Assembly: GCA_963816355.1 (NCBI GenBank)
Contig: CAWFKH010000003.1
Location: 1,216,001 to 1,280,000, forward strand
Direction: 5' to 3'
From: an uncultured Gemmatimonadales bacterium
GTDB lineage: Bacteria; Gemmatimonadota; Gemmatimonadetes; Longimicrobiales; RSA9
DNA: 64,000 bases
Shown here: one piece after another, positions 1-9,569 of the stretch
How positions within the stretch are numbered: position 1 is the stretch's first letter
Layout of the letters: every line of letters begins with the position of its first letter
Program-made: the position numbers and the translations under genes
Notes under the pieces: model-generated
The model's database searches: none
What the model was told of the DNA's origin: nothing
What the model saw: the letters and a program-made list of their open reading frames with translations, nothing else

Positions 1-711
1 GACGTCGGCGAGATCCGGCACCGTCTCCCAGCCGACGAGCGTGTTGCCGCCGCTCGCCTGGGCGCCGCACTCGTTGATGTGGCCGGCGACGATGCCAGCG
101 GCGATGCGGTCCCAGTCGTCCTCGCCCCAGCCGAACGCCTGCATCATCGGCGCGTACGTGAGGGCGGTGTCGGTCGAGCGGCCGGTCACGACGATCGTCG
201 CCCCCCGCTCGAGCGCCTCGACGATCGGCCGCGCGCCGATGTAGGCGTTGGCGCTCTGCACCCGGTCGAGCACGCTCTCCAGAGGCTCCCCCGTGTCGAG
301 GTTCGCGAGCGCGTGACCGGCTCCCAGCAGATCGGGAAGCCGCTCCAGGATGTCGTCGCCGTGGATGGCGCCGATGCGCGCGCGGCCACCCACGCCCGCC
401 GCGCGCGCCGCCTCGACGAGCGCGTCGCGGCACCCGGGCAGGTTCACGCCGCCCGCGTTCGTGACGACGCGGACGCCCTTGGCGACGCAGTCCGGCAGGA
501 TCTCCCGCGCCAGCGGAACGAAGTCCCGCGCGTAGCCCTGGGACGGATCGCGCGAGCGCTGTTTCTGCAGGATCGACATCGTGACCTCGGCGAGGAAGTC
601 GAGCATCAGGATGTCGATCGGACCACGGCGCACCTGTTCCACGGGTGCGCTCAGGAGGTCGCCCCAGAAGCCCTGTCCGGAGGCGATGCGGAGGCGCTGG
701 CTCGCTGGCAT
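1..711 (-). CDS. Acyclic terpene utilisation AtuA (DUF1446) family protein; 5' part only, runs off the window's left edge
   Basis: Read manually (not in ORF track): ATG at 711 gives MPASQRLRIASGQGFWGDLLSAPVEQVRRGPIDILMLDFLAEVTMSILQKQRSRDPSQGYA, matching the AtuA N-terminal GFWGD and D(F/Y)LAE(V/L)TM motifs. Confidence 0.85.
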   Translation of the reverse strand, partial: MPASQRLRIASGQGFWGDLLSAPVEQVRRGPIDILMLDFLAEVTMSILQKQRSRDPSQGYARDFVPLAREILPDCVAKGVRVVTNAGGVNLPGCRDALVEAARAAGVGGRARIGAIHGDDILERLPDLLGAGHALANLDTGEPLESVLDRVQSANAYIGARPIVEALERGATIVVTGRSTDTALTYAPMMQAFGWGEDDWDRIAAGIVAGHINECGAQASGGNTLVGWETVPDLADV

Positions 712-1063
712 TCGGTGTCTCGGCTCGGTTCGTGGCGCGGCGTTCCGCCGGGTCGCCGGCAATGTAGGGCGTGCGCCGTTGGAGGCAAAGGCGCGCAGCA
801 GCGGTGGCCCCCCGCCGAACGCGACGGTCCAACCGCGCCGGCGGACGGCCGGCGACGAGCGGGCGACGGACGGCGGACGACTGGCGGACTTGCGGCGCGC
901 ACTTCCGCCGGGATGCAACGGTCGGAGCCCCCCGCGGCGACCAAGATTCGAGGGATCGCCGGCGGGCGTGTCGCCCCGCCTCCGCGATTCGTGCTTCGGC
1001 GCCCCGCGCGCGCCTCCGCGACCGGGGTACGCCGTGAACCGCTCGTCCACGAACGGGTGACCC

Positions 1064-3487
1064 ATGAGCCGCATGCTCCACGACGTGAGATTCGCGCTGC
1101 GCACCCTCGCCCGGCGCCCCGCCTTCGCCGCGAGCGCGATCGTGACGCTCGCCCTCGGGGTCGGTGCGACGACGGCGATCTTCAGCGTGCTGAACGGCGT
1201 CGTGCTGCGGCCGCTGCCCTTCCCGCAGGCCGACCGCGTCGTCGCGCTCGCGAGGACGGACCGATCGCAGCCGGGAGCCGACGAGGAGAGCTCCGTGTCG
1301 CCGATGGACCTCGGCGACTGGGACGCGCCCTCCTCTTCGCTCGGCGCGATGGCGCTCTACCGCCCGCGCAGGTTGACGCTCACGGCGACGAGCCCGGCGG
1401 AGCTGATCCCCGGAGCGAACATCACGCCGGCGCTGTTCCGCGTCTTCGAGGCGCCGCTCGTGCTGGGCCGCACCTTCACGCCCGAGGAGATGGCGCCGAA
1501 CGGCCCGAACGTCGCGATCGTCGGCTACGGCTTCTGGAAGGAGCGGCTCGGCGGGCGGCCGGACGCGATCGGCGGCTCGCTCGACCTCTTCGGCGAGCGC
1601 TACCGGGTGGTGGGCGTCGCCGCGGCGGGCTTCGATTTTCCGGAGCACGCCCGCGTCTGGCTGCCGGAGCAGAACGACCCCGCCCACTGCGGCCGCGGCT
1701 GCGTCTACATGAGCGCCGTCGCGCGGCTGGCGCCGGGCGCGACGCTGGAGCAGGCGAAGGCGGAGATGACGGCCGTAGCCGCCCACGTGGAGGAAGCGTA
1801 CCCGGGCAGCAACCGGAACGTCGGCGTGCACGTCGCGCGCCTGCAGGACGCGCTCGTCGGCTCCGCGAAGGAAGCGCTCCGCCTGCTCTTCGCCGCCGTC
1901 TCGCTCGTGCTGTTGATCGCGTGCGCCAACGTGGCCAACCTGCTGCTGGCGCGGGGCGCGACCCGACGCGAGGAGGTGGCGGTGCGCACGGCGCTCGGCG
2001 CGGGACGACGTCGCATCATTTCGCAGCTCCTCACCGAGAGCGCGCTGATCGCGCTGCTGGGCGGCGTGCTGGGAGTCGTGCTCGCGTGGCTCGGCGTGAA
2101 CGCGCTGCACGCCTTCTCGCCCGGCGACATCCCACGGCTGGAAGAGGTGCGGGTCAGCGGAGCGACGCTGGTCTTCGCGCTCGGCCTGGTGGGGGCGACG
2201 ACGCTCCTCTTCGGCGTCGTCCCGGCGCTGCAGCTCTCCGGCGCCTCGCCCGCGCACGCGCTACGCGAGGGCGGCCGAGGGGGCGCCGGATCGAGCGAGC
2301 GCGGCATCGGCCGCGCCGCGCTGCTGGTCGCCGAGGTGGGCCTCTCGCTGGTGCTGCTCGTGGGCGCGGGCCTGCTGCTGCGCAGCTTCGCCAAGCTGAC
2401 CTCCGTGGATCCCGGCTACCGCACCGACCACCTCGTGCAGTTCGCGCTCAACCTGCCGGCCGCCCGCTCGGAGCCGGAGCGGGCGACGCCGTTCTGGGAT
2501 GAGCTCGAGGCGCGGCTCGCGGCGCTGCCGGGCGTGAGCGGGGCCGCCGTCACGGTGGGACTCCCGCTCTCCCGGACGACGATCTTCTCCAGCTTCAAAC
2601 GGCTGGACGCGCCGCCGCCGAAGCCGGGCGAGGAGCCGGTGGCGCTGCTGCAGTTCATCAGCCCGGACTACCTGAGGACGCTGCAGATCCAGCTCCTGCG
2701 CGGCCGCGGCGTCGAGGCGCGCGATCGCCAGAACGCGGTGCCGGTGGCCCTCGTGAACCGCGCCGCCGCCGCGAAGTTCTGGCCGGGAGAGGATCCCCTC
2801 GGAAAGCAGATCGACGTCGGCGTCTCGATGGGGTACCCCGACACGCTGCCCCGCACCATCGTCGGCCTCGTCGGCGACACGCGACCGATCAGCGTCGATC
2901 GTCCGCCCGAGCCGGAGATCTACGTCCCGATCGCGCAGGCCGGCCCCGGCTTCGGTCAGATCGTGCTGCGCACGGCGGAGAGGCCCGCGACGACGCTCGC
3001 GGCCGCGCGCGCCGAGGTCCGCCGCCTCGAGCCGGGCGCGCCGCTGCGCGACCCCGGCACCATGGACGAGCTCCTTTCCAGGGACCTCGCGCGACCGCGC
3101 TTCATGCTGCTCCTCGTCGGCATGTTCGCGGTCCTCGCCGCGACGCTCGCCGCGATCGGGATCTACGGCGTCGTCGCGTATCTCGTCTCCGGACGCACGC
3201 GCGAGATCGGCGTACGGATGGCGCTCGGCGCGACGACGGGCGGGATCATGGCGCTCATCATGCGACAGGGACTCGCGCCGGCGCTGCTCGGGGTCGCGAT
3301 CGGGGTGGGCGGGAGCCTGCTCACGGCGGGTCTGCTGCGAACCCAGCTCTACGGCATCCCGCCGGGCGATCCGCTGACCCTGGCGGCCGCCGGCGTGCTG
3401 CTCGTAGGGGTCGCCGCCTTCGCGTGCGCGCTCCCCGCGCGCCGCGCCGCCCGCATCCCGCCCGCGTCGGCGCTGCGCTCCGAGTAG
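1064..3487 (+). CDS. ABC transporter permease, ADOP-type duplicated MacB/FtsX permease
   Basis: 807 aa; N-terminal DVRFALRTL..RPAF..TLALGVGA, LLIACANVANLLLARG..RREE.AVR.ALGA and second-half GIYGVVAY.VS.RTREIGVRMALGA motifs. Confidence 0.92.
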   Translation: MSRMLHDVRFALRTLARRPAFAASAIVTLALGVGATTAIFSVLNGVVLRPLPFPQADRVVALARTDRSQPGADEESSVSPMDLGDWDAPSSSLGAMALYRPRRLTLTATSPAELIPGANITPALFRVFEAPLVLGRTFTPEEMAPNGPNVAIVGYGFWKERLGGRPDAIGGSLDLFGERYRVVGVAAAGFDFPEHARVWLPEQNDPAHCGRGCVYMSAVARLAPGATLEQAKAEMTAVAAHVEEAYPGSNRNVGVHVARLQDALVGSAKEALRLLFAAVSLVLLIACANVANLLLARGATRREEVAVRTALGAGRRRIISQLLTESALIALLGGVLGVVLAWLGVNALHAFSPGDIPRLEEVRVSGATLVFALGLVGATTLLFGVVPALQLSGASPAHALREGGRGGAGSSERGIGRAALLVAEVGLSLVLLVGAGLLLRSFAKLTSVDPGYRTDHLVQFALNLPAARSEPERATPFWDELEARLAALPGVSGAAVTVGLPLSRTTIFSSFKRLDAPPPKPGEEPVALLQFISPDYLRTLQIQLLRGRGVEARDRQNAVPVALVNRAAAAKFWPGEDPLGKQIDVGVSMGYPDTLPRTIVGLVGDTRPISVDRPPEPEIYVPIAQAGPGFGQIVLRTAERPATTLAAARAEVRRLEPGAPLRDPGTMDELLSRDLARPRFMLLLVGMFAVLAATLAAIGIYGVVAYLVSGRTREIGVRMALGATTGGIMALIMRQGLAPALLGVAIGVGGSLLTAGLLRTQLYGIPPGDPLTLAAAGVLLVGVAAFACALPARRAARIPPASALRSE

Positions 3488-3495
3488 CCTCCGCC

Positions 3496-3571
3496 GGCTC
3501 CGTACATCGTGCGGCTCCGTGCGTCGCTCGGCTCGTGCAGCGTGCGACTCGTACGTCGTGCGGCTCAGTAC
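3496..3571. repeat. Degenerate 16-17 bp tandem repeat (~4.5 units) between convergent genes
   Basis: Units GGCTCCGTACATCGTGC / GGCTCCGTGCGTCGCTC / GGCTCGTGCAGCGTGC / GACTCGTACGTCGTGC / GGCTCAGTAC start at 3496, 3513, 3530, 3546, 3562. Confidence 0.7.
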
Positions 3572-4806
3572 TTCGTTTCGAGGCCGAGCACGAGGCGGGC
3601 GGTGTCGCGGGCGATGAGCAACTCCTCGTCGGTGGGGATGACCCACGCGTGCAGCCGGGATGCGTCGGTCGAGATGCGGCCGGCGCTGCCGACGGCGGCG
3701 GCGTTGGCGTCGTCGTCGATCTCGAGCCCCGCCCACTCGAAGCCCTCCAGGATGCGGCGCCGAACGGAGGGCGCGTTCTCGCCGATGCCTCCGGTGAGCA
3801 CGACGGCGTCGGCGCCGCCCATCGCGGCGAGGTAGGCGCCGATGTACTTGCGGGCGCGGTAGGCGAAGATGTCGATGGCGAGGCGCGCGCGGCGGTCCTG
3901 GTGCGTCTCGACCTCGTCGAGCAGGTCGCGCATGTCGTGGGTCAGGCCGGAGATGCCGAGCAGACCGGACTGTCGGTTGAGCAGGGACTCCACCTCAGCC
4001 GCGGACCACCCTTCCTTGCCGGCCAGCCAGCTCACGACGGCGGGGTCGACGTCGCCGGAGCGCGTCCCCATCACCAGCCCCTCCAGGGGCGTGAAGCCCA
4101 TCGAGATGTCGACGGAGTTGCCGCCGCGGATGGCGCAGGCGGAGCAGCCGTTGCCCAGGTGGAGCGAGACGAGGTGCGTGTCCTCTCGCGTGCGGCCGGT
4201 GAGGCGGCGATAGCGCCACGCGACGTAGCGGTGCGACGTCCCGTGGAAGCCGTAGCGGCGGATCCGGTGCCGCCGGTAGATCGAGTACGGGATCGCGTAC
4301 AGGAACGCGTGCTCGGGCAGCGTCTGGTGGAACGCCGTGTCGAAGACGGCCGCCTGCGGCGTCGTCGCGCCGAGCAGCGCGCGCACGGCGCGGATGCCGC
4401 GGATGTTGTACGGGTTGTGAAGCGGCGCGAGCTCGATGGTGCGCTCCTCGAGACGCTGCAGCACCGCGTCGTCGACCAGCACCGACGCGTGGAACGCCTC
4501 GCCGCCATGCACGACGCGGTGGCCGACCGCGTGGATGTCGGCGAGGCCGCCGATACCGGTCTCCGTCTCCGGCGCGACGAGCCAGTGCAGCAGCCAGTCG
4601 ACGGCTGCGGGGATGTCGCGCAGCAGGGCCGTGTGGCGGGTGAGGGCGGCCGCGTCCTGCACCGTGACGACTGCGGCGCCGCCAATGTGCTCGATGGCGC
4701 CGCCCGCGAGGCGCCGGTCGCCGTCGGACGCCATCGCCTCGGCGTCCGTCGCGACCAGCTCGAACTTGAGGGAGGAGGATCCGACGTTGAGGACGAGGAC
4801 GTTCAT
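3565..4806 (-). CDS. ackA: Acetate kinase
   Basis: [50 protein letters not shown] and SMGFTPLEG motifs; start set at ATG 4806. Confidence 0.95.
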   Translation of the reverse strand: MNVLVLNVGSSSLKFELVATDAEAMASDGDRRLAGGAIEHIGGAAVVTVQDAAALTRHTALLRDIPAAVDWLLHWLVAPETETGIGGLADIHAVGHRVVHGGEAFHASVLVDDAVLQRLEERTIELAPLHNPYNIRGIRAVRALLGATTPQAAVFDTAFHQTLPEHAFLYAIPYSIYRRHRIRRYGFHGTSHRYVAWRYRRLTGRTREDTHLVSLHLGNGCSACAIRGGNSVDISMGFTPLEGLVMGTRSGDVDPAVVSWLAGKEGWSAAEVESLLNRQSGLLGISGLTHDMRDLLDEVETHQDRRARLAIDIFAYRARKYIGAYLAAMGGADAVVLTGGIGENAPSVRRRILEGFEWAGLEIDDDANAAAVGSAGRISTDASRLHAWVIPTDEELLIARDTARLVLGLETKY

Positions 4807-4835
4807 GCGCCCGAACCGATCGGCCCGGACCGCGC

Positions 4836-6563
4836 TCAGCCGCCGCCGGCAGGGGGCGCCTGCGCCGGCGGGGATGCTCCACGCCCGTCCAGATCGCCCC
4901 AAGGGCCGAGATGAGGACCCGGGTTGTGCAGCGCGGCGCGCAGCGCGGCGCCGAGGACGGCGCGGCTCCGTTCCGGGTGGATGATGGCGTCGACGAAGCC
5001 GCGAGCGGCGGCGTAGCGGGCGTCGAGCTGCTCGTCGTAGTCGGCGCGCATGGTCTCGATGCGTTCGCGCAGCGCGGCGTCCGGCTGCTTGCCCTCGCGC
5101 TTGAGTTCGTCGAGCTGCGCGCCGAAGACCGCCATGACGGCGCTGTCGCCCTCCATCACGCCCATGCGGCCGGTCGGCCAGGTGAAGATGAAGTCCGGAT
5201 CGAAGCCCTGGCCGGCCATGGCGTAGTAGCCGGCGCCGGACGCGTGATTGATCGTGAGCACGAGCTTCGGCACCGTCGCCGTCGCCATCGCCTCGACGAA
5301 GCGCGCCCCCGCCCGGATGATGCCGGAGTGCTCCGCGTCCGGCCCCACCATGAAGCCGCTCACGTCCTGCACGAACAGGATCGGCACCCGCAGCCGGTTC
5401 ATCGTGTCGAGGAAGTAGGCGACCTTCTCCGCGCTGTCCGCGTAGACGATGCCGCCGAACTTGGGCGGCCCGCCGTGCGGATCCTTAAGCATCCCGCGCG
5501 CGTTGGCGATCACGCCGACCGGCGCCCCCTCGAGGCGCGCGGTGCCGCAGATCATCTCCGGCGCGAAGTCCGCCTGGAACTCGTCGAACTCGCCGCCATC
5601 GAGGAGGCATGCGAGCACCGCGCGCGTGTCGTACGGCTGGCGGTGGTCGGGAGGAAGAAGGTCGTAGAGCTCGGCGGGCTCGCGCCCCGGCGGGCGCCGC
5701 TCGCCGAGCGCGGCGGGGGCCGTGTACGGCAGCTCGGCGACGAGGGTCCGGATGCGGTCGACGCAGGCGCGGTCGTCCGCGACGCGGTAGTGCGCCACGC
5801 CGCTGATCGCGTTGTGCATCCACGCGCCGCCCAGCTCCTCGGCGCCGACCGACTGCCCCGTGGCACCCTTCACGAGGTTCGGCCCACCGAGTCCCATGAA
5901 GCTCGTGCCCTCGACCATCAGGATCACGTCGGACAGCGCCGGCAGGTAGGCGCCACCGGCGATGCACGGCCCCATCACCGCCGCCACCTGCGGCACGTGG
6001 AGATAGCGCCGCATGATCGAGTTGTAGTAGAAGATCCGGCTCGCGCCGTACTGCCCCGGGAAGACACCGCCCTGGTACGGCAGGTTCACGCCCGCGGAGT
6101 CGACCAGGTAGACGATCGGGATGCGACAGCGCATCGCGATCTCCTGCGCCCGCAGCATCTTCGTGATCGTCTCCGGCCACCACGAGCCCGCCTTCACCGT
6201 CGCGTCGTTGGCGACGACGACCGCCGGACGACCCGCGATCTCCGCCAGCCCCGTGACCACGCCGGCCGCCGGCGCCTGCCCCTCGTAGCGGTCGTGCGCG
6301 ACGAGAAGGCCGATCTCCAGCAGCTCCGTCCCACGGTCGACGAGCAGCGCGATCCGCTCCCGCGCCGTGAGCTTCCCCTGCGCGTGCTGGCGCTCGACCT
6401 TCTCCGCACCGCCCCCCTCGCGGATACGCGCCTCCAGCTCGCGCACCTCGGCCGTCAGCCGGCGCAGTCGGGAGGCCCGCGCGCCGGGCACGCCGCCCTC
6501 CCCCTGCCCGCCGGCCGCGGTGCCGCCGGCCGCCGCGACGGATCCCCCGCTCTTCCGGCTCAC
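4836..6563 (-). CDS. Acyl-CoA carboxylase carboxyltransferase (beta) subunit, MccB/AtuC-like
   Basis: [67 protein letters not shown] motifs; start uncertain (GTG 6563 or 6617). Confidence 0.9.
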   Translation of the reverse strand: MSRKSGGSVAAAGGTAAGGQGEGGVPGARASRLRRLTAEVRELEARIREGGGAEKVERQHAQGKLTARERIALLVDRGTELLEIGLLVAHDRYEGQAPAAGVVTGLAEIAGRPAVVVANDATVKAGSWWPETITKMLRAQEIAMRCRIPIVYLVDSAGVNLPYQGGVFPGQYGASRIFYYNSIMRRYLHVPQVAAVMGPCIAGGAYLPALSDVILMVEGTSFMGLGGPNLVKGATGQSVGAEELGGAWMHNAISGVAHYRVADDRACVDRIRTLVAELPYTAPAALGERRPPGREPAELYDLLPPDHRQPYDTRAVLACLLDGGEFDEFQADFAPEMICGTARLEGAPVGVIANARGMLKDPHGGPPKFGGIVYADSAEKVAYFLDTMNRLRVPILFVQDVSGFMVGPDAEHSGIIRAGARFVEAMATATVPKLVLTINHASGAGYYAMAGQGFDPDFIFTWPTGRMGVMEGDSAVMAVFGAQLDELKREGKQPDAALRERIETMRADYDEQLDARYAAARGFVDAIIHPERSRAVLGAALRAALHNPGPHLGPWGDLDGRGASPPAQAPPAGGG

Positions 6564-6588
6564 GCCGCCGGCGCCCCGGGCGCCGCGC

Positions 6589-7020
6589 TCAGCGGACCGC
6601 CTCGACTTCGCGGTCACGGCCGTGCTCCGCGAACCACTCCCGCACGTATTCGATCGGCTCGCTCGTCGGCGTGCCCGGGCCGAAGATGCGGCCCACGCCG
6701 AGGCCGCGCAGCTCCGCCGCGTCGTCCTCCGGGATGATCCCGCCGCCGGTGAGGAGGATGTCGTCGGCGCCCTCCTCGCGCAGCAGCTCGAGCACGCGCC
6801 GAAAGAGCGTCATGTGCGCGCCCGAAAGCACCGACAGCGCCACGACGTCCACGTCCTCCTGGATCGCGGCGCCGACGATCATCTCCGGCGTCTGGTGCAG
6901 GCCGGTGTAGATCACCTCGAAGCCGGCGTCGCGGAAGGCGCTCGCGATCACCTTGGCGCCGCGGTCGTGCCCGTCCAGCCCCGGCTTCCCAACCAGCACT
7001 CGGATCTTCCGTTCAGCCAT
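6589..7020 (-). CDS. Cobalamin-binding small subunit of an acyl-CoA mutase (IcmB / MCM C-terminal-like)
   Basis: [14 protein letters not shown] (DxHxxG), SVLSGAH, GGIIP and FGPGT motifs. Confidence 0.93.
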   Translation of the reverse strand: MAERKIRVLVGKPGLDGHDRGAKVIASAFRDAGFEVIYTGLHQTPEMIVGAAIQEDVDVVALSVLSGAHMTLFRRVLELLREEGADDILLTGGGIIPEDDAAELRGLGVGRIFGPGTPTSEPIEYVREWFAEHGRDREVEAVR

Positions 7021-7114
7021 CGCAGTGCGCTTGAAGTGGTTCGAGCACGCCCGCACTCCGGCGGGCCCAAAGCACCCGAACGTAGCGAGAACGCGCCGAA
7101 TTCAGCAAGCCGCC

Positions 7115-7426
7115 GAAGCTGGCCTGGCGGCCAGGGAAGCCGGCCTGACGGCCGGGGAAGCTGGCCTGGCGGCCAGGGAAGCTCGCGCTGGCGCGCGAGG
7201 GAAGCCGGCCTGGGGGCCGGGGACCGCCTGCGGCGGGGAAGCCGGCCTGGCGGCCGGGGTCCCGCCTGCGGCGGCTTCCCTCGCGGCAACGCGAGCTTCC
7301 CCGCGCCCCCGCGCGGACCCGCCGCCAGGCGGCTTCCCTCGCGCGCCAGCGCGAGCTTCCCTCGCGCGTCAGCGGGAGCTTCCCTCGCGCGTCGGCGCGA
7401 GCTTCCCTTGCGCCACCGGCGCAAGC
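7115..7426. repeat. REP/BIME-like array of GGAAG-linked GC hairpins, arranged as two inverted blocks
   Basis: 21-23 bp units GAAG+hairpin+G at 7115, 7136, 7157, 7178, 7201, then reverse-oriented units (CTTCC) to 7426; perfect 32-bp inverted repeat 7176-7207 vs 7330-7361. Confidence 0.85.
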
Positions 7427-8175
7427 GTTCGGGCAATCGCGATCAGGCGCGGCGAATCGTGCCGCAGCAACGAGCCGTCCCAGTCGCCGTAGTAGGCGAG
7501 GCGGGCGAAGCCGGCCTCGCGCAGCAGGCGGTCGATCTCCGTCGCGGTGCGCAGCCGCAGGGCGTGCCGCTTCTCGCCCGAGCGCTCGTCGCGGCGCCAC
7601 CGCAGGCGCTCGTGGCTGATGCCGGTGACGGGGTCGAAGCGGCGTCGCACGCGCACCTCCGTCCCGTCCGGCAGCGTCCAGTGGTCGCGCCGCGCGTAGG
7701 CGGCGATCACGTCGTCGCGGTGCATCGTCTCCAGGAGCAACGCGCCGCCGGGGCGCAGAACGCGCCGCGCCTCCGCGAGGGCGCGCACGTCCTCCGCGTC
7801 GTCGAGGAAGAGGCCGACGCTGGTGAAGACGTCGACGACGGCGTCGAAGGCGCCGTCGCGGAAGGGCAGCGCACGCAGGTCGGCGGCGGCGACGCGCGCG
7901 GGGCGGGCCCGCTCGAGCAGCGGCAGCGAGCGGTCCGCGCCGAACGCATCGGCGCCCGCTTCGGCGAACAGCTTCAGGTGACGCCCCCAGCCGCACGGCA
8001 CGTCGAGGAGGCGCGCCCCCACCGGGAGGCCGAGCAGCTCGCGCATCGAGCCGACCTCGTGCCGGCTCTCCGCCTCCGGAAAGAGCGGCGCGTGCAGGTC
8101 GAAGTAGGCGTCGTCGAAGAATCCGCGCGACCACCCGCGTCCGGCGGGGCCGCCCGCGGCGTCGCGCTCACTCAC
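7369..8175 (-). CDS. Class I SAM-dependent methyltransferase
   Basis: LLDVPCGWGRH (motif I), ADLRALPF..GAFDAV, RRVLRPGG; the C-terminus runs into the repeat array. Confidence 0.88.
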   Translation of the reverse strand: MSERDAAGGPAGRGWSRGFFDDAYFDLHAPLFPEAESRHEVGSMRELLGLPVGARLLDVPCGWGRHLKLFAEAGADAFGADRSLPLLERARPARVAAADLRALPFRDGAFDAVVDVFTSVGLFLDDAEDVRALAEARRVLRPGGALLLETMHRDDVIAAYARRDHWTLPDGTEVRVRRRFDPVTGISHERLRWRRDERSGEKRHALRLRTATEIDRLLREAGFARLAYYGDWDGSLLRHDSPRLIAIARTLAPVAQGKLAPTREGSSR

Positions 8176-9523
8176 TGCCTTCGCCCTCGTCGACGCGCTC
8201 GGGGATGGCCTCGAGGCGCAGCGCCACCCGGTCGATGCGGCGGCCGTCCATGGCGACGACCTGCATGCGCCCCTTGTCGAACAGCACTGCCTCGCCGCCG
8301 TGCGGCACGCGGCCGAGCCGCCCCATGACGTAGCCGCCCACGGTCGTGAAGTCCTCCTCCGGCAGCGCGAGGCCGTAGCGCTCGTTCAACTCGGCGAGCG
8401 GCACGGCGCCGTCCAGGTAGATCTCGCCCGTCTCCGTCTCCACGATCGCCGGCGCCTCGGGCTCCTCGTGCTCGTCCTGGATCTCGCCCACGATCTCCTC
8501 GACGACGTCCTCCAGCGTCACGATGCCAGCGGTGCCGCCGAACTCGTCGACGACGGCGACCATGTGCAGGCGCGCCTGCTGCATCTCGCGCAGCAGCGCC
8601 TCGATCGGCTTGCTGTCCGGAACGAAGGAGAGCTCCCGGATCAGCGGCGCGATGGCGCCCGCGCCGGTGCGCTGCGCGCGCCACACGTCGCGCGCCAGCA
8701 GCACGCCCACGATCTGGTCGAGCGATTCGCGATAGACCGGGATGCGGGAGTGGCCGGCCTCCAGGATCAGCTCCGCCGCGGCATCGATCGTCGCCTCCTC
8801 CGGCAGCGCCACGACGTCCGTGCGCGGCGTCATGATCTCGCCGGCGGCAGTCTCCGAGAGGTCGAAGATGCCGCGGATCATCTCCACCGGCTCGTTCGCC
8901 AGCAGGCCGTGCTCGTGGCTCTGGGCCACGAGCATCTCGATCTCCTCGGGCCGGTGCACGCGCTCGGCGCCGTGCGGCGGCTTGAGCCCGATCAGCCGCA
9001 AGAGCTGGTTCGCGGCCCCGTTCAGCAGCCAGATGAACGGCGTGAAGAGCCGGGTGAAGGCGATCAGCGGCCCGGCCGTCCACATCGCGACCTCTTCCGG
9101 GAGCACGATCGCCAGGTACTTCGGCGCCTGCTCGCCGATCACGATGTGGAGCGCGGTGACGATCGCGTAGGCGACGCCGATCGCCACGCCGTGCGAGGCG
9201 ATGACGTCGAACGGCGGTGCCAGCCGGCCGAACACCCCCAGGAAGAGCGACGCCAGCGTCGCCTCGCCGACGAAGCCGAGCGCGATCGAGGCGAGCGTGA
9301 TGCCGAGCTGCGTCGCGGAGAGGTAGTGATCGAGGCGGGCCATCGCCTTGCGCGCGAAGCGCGCCCGGCGCCGGCCCGTCCGCGCCAGCGCTTCGATCCG
9401 GGTGCGCCGCGACGCGACGAGCCCGAACTCCGCGGCGACGAAGAAGCCGTTCGCGAGGACGAGGAGGAGGACGACGCCGAGGCGGACGACGACGTCGCCG
9501 GAGGATAACGGGGCCGGTTCCAT
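8168..9523 (-). CDS. Hemolysin/CNNM family protein (DUF21 + 2xCBS + CorC)
   Basis: NGFFVAAEF, QLGITLASIALG, IMTPR, HSRIPVY, VVDEFGGTAGIVTLEDVVEEIVGEI. Confidence 0.93.
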   Translation of the reverse strand: MEPAPLSSGDVVVRLGVVLLLVLANGFFVAAEFGLVASRRTRIEALARTGRRRARFARKAMARLDHYLSATQLGITLASIALGFVGEATLASLFLGVFGRLAPPFDVIASHGVAIGVAYAIVTALHIVIGEQAPKYLAIVLPEEVAMWTAGPLIAFTRLFTPFIWLLNGAANQLLRLIGLKPPHGAERVHRPEEIEMLVAQSHEHGLLANEPVEMIRGIFDLSETAAGEIMTPRTDVVALPEEATIDAAAELILEAGHSRIPVYRESLDQIVGVLLARDVWRAQRTGAGAIAPLIRELSFVPDSKPIEALLREMQQARLHMVAVVDEFGGTAGIVTLEDVVEEIVGEIQDEHEEPEAPAIVETETGEIYLDGAVPLAELNERYGLALPEEDFTTVGGYVMGRLGRVPHGGEAVLFDKGRMQVVAMDGRRIDRVALRLEAIPERVDEGEGSE

Positions 9524-9569
9524 GAACGGACGCGGGTGGAGGATCGAGGCTTGGCGGGTCGCTGACCCG

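Noticed and set aside
830..900. GGCGGACG-like repeats upstream of the permease
   Set aside because: Irregular period, low complexity, no consistent structure
79..2502. 807-aa alternative + strand ORF and many other long Arg/Pro/Ala-rich ORFs (e.g. 40662-43910, 21058-23352)
   Set aside because: Shadow or antisense frames of real genes, expected at this GC content; no family motifs
7115..7426. CRISPR array
   Set aside because: Units abut without unique spacers, orientation flips mid-array, and there are no cas genes in the window
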